DNA of 64,000 nucleotides from an uncultured Propionimicrobium sp. (GTDB lineage Bacteria; Actinomycetota; Actinomycetes; Propionibacteriales; Propionibacteriaceae): NCBI GenBank assembly GCA_946221385.1, contig CAMIGX010000002.1, positions 10,824 to 74,823 of the forward strand, read 5' to 3'. Shown piece by piece: positions 55,489 to 64,000 of this stretch (position 1 is its first letter; each line of letters starts with the position of its first letter). The notes under the pieces were generated by a model. It saw only the letters and a program-made list of their open reading frames with translations, ran no database searches and was not told where the DNA came from. The position numbers and the translations under genes were made by a program.

Positions 55489-56250
55489 GTGAGCGGTTGG
55501 ATCGACGACCAGGACGATGACGAGTTCCTGTCCGCCAACTTCGGACGGGCAACTGCCGACAGCGCAGCGGATCTGGACGATGGCCACCCACACGCTGCTA
55601 CGAAGGCTGTCAGCGATGGCGAACTCACGCCCGACGGCGGCGAGTGGAATCCCAGTCATGGTTTCCCAGATCCAAGCAATACCATTCGCATTTGGACCAA
55701 TGATGACGGCGAGTTGACCAAGATTCGCGTCTCTTTATCTTGGCAGGAGCGGCTCAAAGGAAGCTCAATCGGCGACGCCTTCAACGTCACCTTGATGTTC
55801 ATTAATAACTGGTATCGGGTCGGCAGGCTGACTGCCCCCGTCACCGATTTGAGCGCTTTGGGTGCCACTGCACCTCGTCAGGAGCTGTCCTGGGAGGCGC
55901 TCAGCAAATATCAGCAGGCCGTCGCTGAATTGGACGCACAGCTAGCCGAACTGCCGCCGGGCCCGACCCATTTGATCGAGGGTCAAGAAGTTTCCGCGAG
56001 CGATTACGAAGGTGCGGTCAAACTGACTTTAGATATTGATGGCTATCCCAGGCACGTCTACATCGAGGACGCCTGGGCGCAACACGAAGCTAATGCGTCG
56101 GGTATTGCGCGTGCCGTCATGAATTGTTATCGGTGGGCCAAAGCGCAGTGGCGTCCGCCGTCAGAAGAATTGACCGAACGCGGGCAGCTGCTGGCCGAAA
56201 AAGAACGTCTCGGCCAGCAGCTATTTGCGATGCTGCCGCAGGCTCACTGA
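55489..56250 (+). CDS. cassette 3 protein A (divergent paralogue)
   Basis: GTG start with a GGGAGG RBS. SGWIDDQDDDEFLSANFG N-terminus; C-terminal ...SDYEGAVKLTLDIDGYPRHVYIEDAWAQHEANASGIARAVMNCYRWA. Confidence 0.6.
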   Translation: MSGWIDDQDDDEFLSANFGRATADSAADLDDGHPHAATKAVSDGELTPDGGEWNPSHGFPDPSNTIRIWTNDDGELTKIRVSLSWQERLKGSSIGDAFNVTLMFINNWYRVGRLTAPVTDLSALGATAPRQELSWEALSKYQQAVAELDAQLAELPPGPTHLIEGQEVSASDYEGAVKLTLDIDGYPRHVYIEDAWAQHEANASGIARAVMNCYRWAKAQWRPPSEELTERGQLLAEKERLGQQLFAMLPQAH

Positions 56251-56318
56251 GCAGCCGATAGTGACCCTCATCAGCGGAATAATAGGCATCCGAGGTTCGT
56301 ATCTGACGAGGGAATGAC

Positions 56319-57629
56319 ATGAACCAAATTCCATTCACGCCTCAAGAACGTGATCCGCGCCGTGCCGCTGAAAGTGGCAGCGTCGGATATAACCGCGAGA
56401 CTGACGACGAGCTGCACGACCTAGAGCTGACCGAAGGCAGGATCAACCCTAGCTCGCAGCGAGGCGCCGGAGCTGGCGGCCCAGGCGGCATGATGCCGCC
56501 AATGATGGGCATGATGGGCCGTGGCGGTGGCGCGGGCGCCGGAGCGGGAGCTGGTGGTGCCGGCGCGATGAACGCCGGCGTGCTGGGGGCGACCGCGGGT
56601 CGGGCTGGCAACGTCCCGATGGGTGCCTCCGGCGCCGGAGCTGGCGGCTTTGGCGCGGGCAGCGTCGGAGCTGGTGGTGTCGGAGCAGGCGGTGTCGGAG
56701 CAGGAGGCATCGGAGGCGTCGGTGGCATCGGCAATTTCCCGCGCACCGGCGGCACGATCGCGGCTGGCGCGTCCGGCTCAGGCTATTCGCCCTATGGCAT
56801 CAATCCTGCGACCGGGGAGCCCTGGAAGCCGTCCGATCCGGGCTATCCACCGGTCAGCGGGGTATCACCAATCACGTCGTGGCAGCCACCGCAGACGACT
56901 ATCCCCTCGCCTAAGCCTTTCGATCCTCCGAGCCCAATCCACGGGATCACTCCAGCGCCGACCCCACCGATCAATTCGGTGCCGACGCGTCCGATTGATG
57001 GACTGCAGTCGCCCAAGCAGCCCACTGTGCCACCGATTAAATCTCCAGCACCAGGAGAGCTATCCCCCGTCAAGCCGACCGATCCGCTCGGTCCACCCGA
57101 GAATCCGATTGACGGCGCAAATCCGGTTCAACCGCCGAAGGTCGAGGCGCCTAGCATCCCGAATCCGACGGCCGGCGTCCCGAACATCAGCGGCCCGAGC
57201 ATCAGTGGCCCGAGCATCGGCGGCCCGAGCATCAGCGGTCCGGGCACTGGCAGCGTGAGCCCGGGCGGCGGGGACGACGACAGCTACGCCGTCGACCCCG
57301 CAGAGCTGGCCAAGACCGGAAAGCTTTGGGACGAATTAGCTGAACGAATGCGGGCAGTCAATGAGAAGGTCCAAAAGCTCTCGGTCGCCGCTGCGCAATT
57401 CGGCCTCGTCATTGACCCGGAGCCGAATTACTCAGCTGCCCACCAGCAAGCTGGCGTCGCTGCTCAAGCCGCTGCGCAAGACTTCACCGACAATAACGAA
57501 AAGCTGAACTCATCTAGCCGGGCTTTCGAGGCCGCCGAGGACGCGAACACCCAGACCGCCGCCAATTCGATGAATGGTGGCAGCGCCGGTCCCAGCACCG
57601 CTACCGCGAATGTCGCTCAGCCTTACTGA
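56319..57629 (+). CDS. cassette 3 protein B (divergent Gly/Ala/Pro-rich paralogue, no IDPKTG repeats)
   Basis: Conserved N-terminus (...AAESGSVGYNRETDDELHDLEL...) and C-terminal helical block. The middle is Pro-rich (PSPKPFDPPSPIHGITPAPTPP) instead of the 8-aa repeats. Confidence 0.6.
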   Translation: MNQIPFTPQERDPRRAAESGSVGYNRETDDELHDLELTEGRINPSSQRGAGAGGPGGMMPPMMGMMGRGGGAGAGAGAGGAGAMNAGVLGATAGRAGNVPMGASGAGAGGFGAGSVGAGGVGAGGVGAGGIGGVGGIGNFPRTGGTIAAGASGSGYSPYGINPATGEPWKPSDPGYPPVSGVSPITSWQPPQTTIPSPKPFDPPSPIHGITPAPTPPINSVPTRPIDGLQSPKQPTVPPIKSPAPGELSPVKPTDPLGPPENPIDGANPVQPPKVEAPSIPNPTAGVPNISGPSISGPSIGGPSISGPGTGSVSPGGGDDDSYAVDPAELAKTGKLWDELAERMRAVNEKVQKLSVAAAQFGLVIDPEPNYSAAHQQAGVAAQAAAQDFTDNNEKLNSSSRAFEAAEDANTQTAANSMNGGSAGPSTATANVAQPY

Positions 57630-57649
57630 CCAGCTGAAGGAAAGATCTC

Positions 57650-58546
57650 ATGGCCCCATCAAGATTGAACAGCGTCGTAATCGAACGCGGTGCTGAGCGT
57701 CTGCTCGTGACGGCATTGCGTACCTTCAACGAATTGCATCCCCTCGCTCGAGATCGCGACGAACAAGAACTACAAAACGCTATGGACAGCGTCCAAGATG
57801 GCTGCTTTCAGGGTGGCTATAAACAGCAATCCACGCTGGAGCAGATCGCCGAGCTAAAGCGATTGCTGTCAGACACCGCGCGCGATTTGAACGAACATCT
57901 GCCAAAAATTATCGAGATGTACGACTACGTCGAACTCATCAAGCTTGAAGTCAAGCCTGGCTGGGATGAAGTCGTTGACGAATTGAAGCAGGTGCGCGCC
58001 GAGATGGACAAGCTGCTCATCGATGACTGGCAAGGCAAATCTGCAGACGCCTATCGGCGCACCATTCAAGATCAGATGACGCGTACTGACGCTCAAATCA
58101 CGCTCTCGGGCAACACCGGAGGCTCGATCGACAGCGTCGCGATGCTGCAAGATTGGATCATCAAGGCCGCGGAGAACGAGGGCATCTCGCATGCGAGCAC
58201 TTACTCGGCGACGCGCACCACAGTGAACCAGCCAGCCGAACAATTCAGCAAGGGTAGCTGGTTCAATCCCAACGCAAATGCCCAGGAATTCAGCTTCAGC
58301 TTCTATCAGCGCACGGCAGCGATGATCAATTCGTTCAATCCCCTAGCCCAGGGCGCAAAGCAGTTGAGTGACGGCAGCGGCTGGCGTTCCAGTTCGCAAG
58401 AGATCGCGCAAGGATTGGGTCAGGCTCTCGAACAGGCCCGCAGTGGCCAAGAAATCACCGTCGCCTTGCCGAATATCGAAACCCCGGCGGTCAACGCGGT
58501 CGAGGTGGCTGCCCCGAACGCGGAAGACACCATGCTGCAACGCTGA
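57650..58546 (+). CDS. cassette 3 protein C (divergent W-x-G motif protein)
   Basis: LIDDWQGKSADAYRRTIQ (W-x-G...AY) at the same position as in C1/C2; DGCFQGG; C-terminal FSFSFYQRTAAMINS block shared with C1/C2 (FSFNFYRRTAAMLNS). Confidence 0.55.
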   Translation: MAPSRLNSVVIERGAERLLVTALRTFNELHPLARDRDEQELQNAMDSVQDGCFQGGYKQQSTLEQIAELKRLLSDTARDLNEHLPKIIEMYDYVELIKLEVKPGWDEVVDELKQVRAEMDKLLIDDWQGKSADAYRRTIQDQMTRTDAQITLSGNTGGSIDSVAMLQDWIIKAAENEGISHASTYSATRTTVNQPAEQFSKGSWFNPNANAQEFSFSFYQRTAAMINSFNPLAQGAKQLSDGSGWRSSSQEIAQGLGQALEQARSGQEITVALPNIETPAVNAVEVAAPNAEDTMLQR

Positions 58547-58547
58547 T

Positions 58548-59645
58548 CTATCCGTTTAACACGTTGCCATTTTGATCGACTAGCACGAGGTCGCCCCGAT
58601 GGTAGATCGACATCGCGAAGCCATCTTGATAGGCCACGACGTGGGAGAGATAGCCTGATTTGTCGATTGGGAAACCGGCAGTCGCAAACTGCTCTAGCCG
58701 GGCATTGAACTTTTGCTTGTCGACTGAGTTTGTCGTCAAATAGCCGCTCGGGATGCCAGCAGGCATCTTGGACGCCAGAACTGGGTCCCAAGTGAATGGA
58801 TCTTGCTCCGGGGCGATCTGCACTGCCGGCCAATCTAGATTCGCCCGGACTGCCAATTGCGCCCCACATTTAGCCCGCACGCACGAGCTCGCCGTCACCG
58901 CGTCACCGCCCGAGGCCAATTCGAGCACCGCCGCTTCGATGCCCATGTGCTCGCTGATCTCAAGACTCGCGGCTACCAGCCCGTCCCAGGTCGTCAGCTC
59001 TCGCGTCTGGCCATCTATGACGTAGCTGGGCCACGCTGACATCGCGTTCGTGTTATATCCAGTGTCGCAACCGCCGGCGAAGATCGGGGTGCCGTCATTC
59101 AAAAACAGCATGCGCGCAGCTCGGTACTGGTCCTTTTCACACGCAATGCTGTCAATGAATTCTTGGAAGCGGCTCAGGGCTTCTTCGGTCACGTCATGGT
59201 TTTGGTAGCCGGGACGTTGCAGACCGGAGGCTCCTGACTCGTCAGCGTCGAAGGGATGCTTGGTCAAGTAGTGCTGCCCGTCGCTTTCCAGCCAGTAAAG
59301 CTCGAGCCAATCGACGGTCTCCCAGCGGTCTTGCGATAGTGGCCCCGCGCGCCATTCCATCGCTGCGATCTGGCCGTTGGGCACTTCAGTCTTGAGTTGG
59401 GCCCACTGTTCGGTCAGCGAACCGGGCTTCTTTGAGGGGCCGAAGAAATAGATCGCCCACGCTGCGGCTGCGAGCAGCAAGACCAACACGATCGCGAGGA
59501 CGAACACCAACGCCTTGTTGCGTTTTTTCGTAGGCTGGCCCTGCTGGGGAATCTGAGGCATTGGACGGTCCTGGCGTGGCGCGAAGCCGGGAGCTGGACC
59601 ATGCCAACCTTGCTGTTGACCAGGATGGGGCGCATTTCCGCTCAT
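58548..59645 (-). CDS. cassette 3 protein D (membrane protein, divergent paralogue)
   Basis: Pro/Gln-rich N-terminus, KKRNK plus TM helix, and conserved motifs TEQWAQL...AAMEWRAGP, WLELYWLE, LTKHPFD. Stop codon is 1 nt from the C3 stop (convergent). Confidence 0.55.
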   Translation of the reverse strand: MSGNAPHPGQQQGWHGPAPGFAPRQDRPMPQIPQQGQPTKKRNKALVFVLAIVLVLLLAAAAWAIYFFGPSKKPGSLTEQWAQLKTEVPNGQIAAMEWRAGPLSQDRWETVDWLELYWLESDGQHYLTKHPFDADESGASGLQRPGYQNHDVTEEALSRFQEFIDSIACEKDQYRAARMLFLNDGTPIFAGGCDTGYNTNAMSAWPSYVIDGQTRELTTWDGLVAASLEISEHMGIEAAVLELASGGDAVTASSCVRAKCGAQLAVRANLDWPAVQIAPEQDPFTWDPVLASKMPAGIPSGYLTTNSVDKQKFNARLEQFATAGFPIDKSGYLSHVVAYQDGFAMSIYHRGDLVLVDQNGNVLNG

Positions 59646-59776
59646 CTACGAACTCCAATGCTGTGGCGGGGGAAGCTACTGGGCAACAGCGTAGACCTCG
59701 ACGGGCACCTGATTGATCGGCTATCAACTGAAACTTCTAATAGCCGTCAGCCCGCCGCTCGCCTAGGCTTGGACCT

Positions 59777-61450
<1,674 letters not shown>

Positions 61451-61460
61451 CACTAACCGG

Positions 61461-62141
61461 TTGCCTAGCCCTCGTAGGCTGGTCAACGTGTTTCGTCTGA
61501 TCAAAGGCATGGTCAAGCTGACGGCGACCGTCGTCGGCCTCGGCTTGGTCGTGCTCGGCGTGCCCGCGCTGGTGTCTTGGGGCGGCTCGCTGGGGCGGAT
61601 TCACACCCCAACCAGTGAAGTGCCACCGACGGACGTGACATTGGTGATGGGAGCTGCAGTTTGGGGTGGCCGTCCGTCGCCATATCTGCAGGCACGCCTC
61701 GACGTCGCCGTTGATTTGTATCACCAAGGCAAGACCAAGGTCATCATCGTCTCCGGGTCCACCAGCGACAATGAGCCGGCGACGATGCGTAAATATCTCA
61801 TCGGCAAGGGCGTCAACGAGCTCGACATCGTCATGGACGAAGGCGGAGACGATTCCTATCGCTCCTGCGCCCGCGCCCGGCAAAAGTTTGACGTCGACAA
61901 GCTGGTCGTCGTCTCGCAGGACTATCACGTGCCGCGCACGGTAACGACCTGCCGGCTGGTCGGAATTGACGCGATCGGCGCGCCCGACACGACCCGCGAT
62001 CACAATCAGCAGTGGAAGCGATATGTCGCCCGAGAGTTCGCAGCGAACGTGAAGATGCTGATCGACGTGATCACGCGCGCAGATCCAGGCATCGCCGAGC
62101 CGAGCAGCGCTGTGCGCGATGCACTAGCTCGGCCGCGCTAA
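61461..62141 (+). CDS. SanA/YdcF-family (DUF218) membrane-anchored protein
   Basis: N-terminal TM helix, then ...DVTLVMGAAVWGGRPSPYLQARLDVAVDLYHQGKTKVIIVSG..., characteristic of DUF218/SanA. Confidence 0.6.
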   Translation: MPSPRRLVNVFRLIKGMVKLTATVVGLGLVVLGVPALVSWGGSLGRIHTPTSEVPPTDVTLVMGAAVWGGRPSPYLQARLDVAVDLYHQGKTKVIIVSGSTSDNEPATMRKYLIGKGVNELDIVMDEGGDDSYRSCARARQKFDVDKLVVVSQDYHVPRTVTTCRLVGIDAIGAPDTTRDHNQQWKRYVAREFAANVKMLIDVITRADPGIAEPSSAVRDALARPR

Positions 62142-62145
62142 GAAC

Positions 62146-63153
62146 TCAGTATTTGACGCTGACGTGCACGTGGTCGAAGTGGTTGGCCGTCACGGAGCCA
62201 CGGTTTTCCATCATCTTCCAGCCGGGCGCCCAAGTGCCCCAAATCTGCTGCTCGTAGATGACGTAGTCGATACCTAGCGCGGCGGCGTTGGCCGTCAAGT
62301 AATTCGCGATTTCCCAACCGGCTGGACCAGAAATCATGAAGTCCAACGCACGACCGGCGCCGTGATCGTCAGCGGTGCCGCGCCAGCCACCGACCGAGCT
62401 GAAGCCACCGAACTTGCTGCAGACGTCATAGTAGACAGCCGCGGTCTGAGCGGTGACGCGCGGATCGGCTGGGCCAAGCCAGCAAGTACCTGCCGGCTGC
62501 GGGGCAGCTACTGGAGCTGCAGCCGGCGCGGCCTGGCCAGAGGCAGCTTGATTTAGCGCTGGCCGGGGCTGCTCAGCCGAGCGGGCGTTGGCCGCTAGCC
62601 GGGCCTGCTCGGCAGCTTTTGCTTCTTCAGCCTGACGAGCTTCCTCAGCCAAGCGAGCTTCTTCGGCTTTACGAGCTTCCTCAGCTAGTCGAGCCTCTTC
62701 AGCCTGTCGAGCTTGTTCAGCCAAGCGAGCTTCTTCGGCTGCACGGGCCTGCTCGGCCGCTTCGTCAGCAGCTTTAGCGTGCGCTGCCAGCGGCGCCGTC
62801 AACAACTCGTCTTGAGCGGCCGCTGAGTTCTGCTGGACGGCCGGCACAGCACGCTGCGGGCTCGCATTGGAGGCAGACATTGCCCCCGGCACCACCAACA
62901 AGCAAGCCAAGGCAGCGCCCGCCGCGATCAGACTCGCGCTGCGCTGTCGGCGAAGGCCCTTGGCGGCTTTGGGCTTGTCGTCCAGCTCTAGCCGGAAGGC
63001 GTCGACGAGGGTCTCTTCGAGGGCATAACGCGGCGCGCTATAGCTTTGCGGTTCGGTCAGCGTTGAATCGATCAGAGCCCGACGCGGCGCTGCAGAAGTC
63101 AGTTCAGCGAATGCGTCTTCGAAGCCCTCAGGTAGTGCACGGCGAGCGGACAA
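62146..63153 (-). CDS. membrane-anchored protein with Ala/Glu/Arg-rich repeat region and conserved C-terminal domain (possible metallopeptidase-like)
   Basis: About 70-aa cytoplasmic N-terminus; a TM helix; [AEEARLAE]n-type repeats (AEEARLAEQARQAEEARLAEEARKAEEARLAEEARQAEEA). The C-terminal ~130 aa carry the motifs DDHGAGRALD and NHFDHVHVS. Confidence 0.45.
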   Translation of the reverse strand: MSARRALPEGFEDAFAELTSAAPRRALIDSTLTEPQSYSAPRYALEETLVDAFRLELDDKPKAAKGLRRQRSASLIAAGAALACLLVVPGAMSASNASPQRAVPAVQQNSAAAQDELLTAPLAAHAKAADEAAEQARAAEEARLAEQARQAEEARLAEEARKAEEARLAEEARQAEEAKAAEQARLAANARSAEQPRPALNQAASGQAAPAAAPVAAPQPAGTCWLGPADPRVTAQTAAVYYDVCSKFGGFSSVGGWRGTADDHGAGRALDFMISGPAGWEIANYLTANAAALGIDYVIYEQQIWGTWAPGWKMMENRGSVTANHFDHVHVSVKY

Positions 63154-63195
63154 GGAAACCCCTTCAAAGAAAACTGAGACAATTCTGAGAGAAGA

Positions 63196-63798
63196 TTAGA
63201 AATTATTCAAGCCGGCTTCTCGGGCAGCTGTCGCGTGATTTCGCAGCCGCATCCTAAAACTCGACATGTCGCCGCCTGCGAAGGCATCACCGATTGGCGC
63301 GTCCACGCAGACGTCAAAGCCCGCTTTGATCCAAGGTTTGATGCCGTAGGAATCCGTCATTCCCCGTGCGACTAGGGGAAATTCGCCCATCATGGTGCGC
63401 AGCGCCGCGGGATATCCATCACCCAGATGCCCCGCAGGTTCGACCAGTACGCCGTCCGCGCGCTCGGCAGCAGCCTTGATCTCAGTTGGGGTGAGCGCAG
63501 ACAGAAAGGTCTTGATGCCGGCAGCGCGCAATTGCGTGGCGTCGACGAAGCCAGCCAGCACGAATTCCGGTTCGAGTTCGATAGCCGTGGCAACCCGATC
63601 GGGCTGATAGACGTCATGGACGCCGACGCGCAGCCGCGCACCGAAGAATTTGCGGATGTCGGCGGGCTCTAGATCGCCGTTGATCGGCAGGCTGACTTCG
63701 TTGAAACCTTCTTGGCTGAGCACTTCGAGTCCAGCGACGGCTCGCGCGATGGGAGTGTCAGGCAGCAAGACGATCATTGCCCCATCATGCCCCACCAC
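63196..63798 (-). CDS. KDPG/KHG aldolase-family protein (Eda-like)
   Basis: ...ALTPTEIKAAAERADGVLVEPAGHLG...FPLVARGM... pattern consistent with the Eda family; start codon uncertain. Confidence 0.45.
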   Translation of the reverse strand: MVGHDGAMIVLLPDTPIARAVAGLEVLSQEGFNEVSLPINGDLEPADIRKFFGARLRVGVHDVYQPDRVATAIELEPEFVLAGFVDATQLRAAGIKTFLSALTPTEIKAAAERADGVLVEPAGHLGDGYPAALRTMMGEFPLVARGMTDSYGIKPWIKAGFDVCVDAPIGDAFAGGDMSSFRMRLRNHATAAREAGLNNF

Positions 63799-64000
63799 TG
63801 CCAGCGCCGCGCTAATGGGATGATGGGACGGTGACCTTAGCGCCTCTCGATCAATTGCTCGACAAGCTCGGCCCAGACCCAGTCGCAGACGAGATCTTGA
63901 GCGCCTTCGAGAGCTGGTCAGCCAGCCGCGACCGGCCGCTTTATCCGCATCAATATGAAGCAGCGGTCGCGATCTTGAGCGAGGCGAACGCTGTCGTCAC

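Noticed and set aside
63825-64000. Possible plus-strand gene start at the window edge
   Set aside because: Too little sequence (under 180 nt) to call a start or a family.

Overview
This is a high-GC (about 62-65%) actinobacterial chromosomal segment, densely coding on both strands; partner ORFs in alternative frames are treated as high-GC artefacts. Housekeeping genes recognised: lipB-lipA, argS, pgi, galE, tpx, UDP-glucose 6-dehydrogenase, polyphosphate glucokinase, SPFH protein, hemolysin-III-like protein, BCCT transporter, and tRNA-Gly(CCC). The carbohydrate-catabolism content is large. (1) A sialic-acid (nan/nag) cluster: nagB, nanE, nanA, a family-5 substrate-binding protein, two permeases (one fused to an ATPase), a separate ATPase, a GntR regulator and a BadF-type kinase. 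(2) Two paralogous DeoR-regulated polyol/sugar-phosphate clusters, each with an FGGY kinase and a Zn-dependent dehydrogenase. The second also carries an AraD-like aldolase, a 2-hydroxyacid dehydrogenase, a DhnA-type aldolase and an aldo/keto reductase. (3) A GH31 glycosidase paired with a HAD phosphatase. Accessory-looking content: a roughly 1.4 kb low-GC islet immediately 3' of tRNA-Gly, an HNH/DUF222 selfish-type gene preceded by a cluster of perfect TTATCCACA (DnaA-box-like) repeats, and a PemK/MazF-like ORF. The most striking element is a roughly 13 kb array between the UDP-glucose 6-dehydrogenase gene and pgi (46.7-59.6 kb). It consists of three tandem paralogous four-gene cassettes. Each has A, an acidic protein with a YbaB/EbfC-like C-terminal region; B, a Gly/Ala/Met/Pro-rich low-complexity protein with a variable 8-residue tandem repeat; and C, a roughly 295-aa helical protein with a W-x-G...AY motif; D is a convergently transcribed single-pass membrane protein with a Pro/Gln-rich N-terminus. 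Two of the B genes share an apparently identical ~590 bp tract (gene-conversion-like). This looks like an undescribed, diversifying cassette system, with a tentative resemblance to ESX/type VII secretion-associated proteins; no core secretion machinery is visible in the window. A secreted coiled-coil protein and an LGFP-repeat protein are one continuous frame separated by a single TAA. All calls are from reading the sequence and the ORF translations; no database searches were possible.
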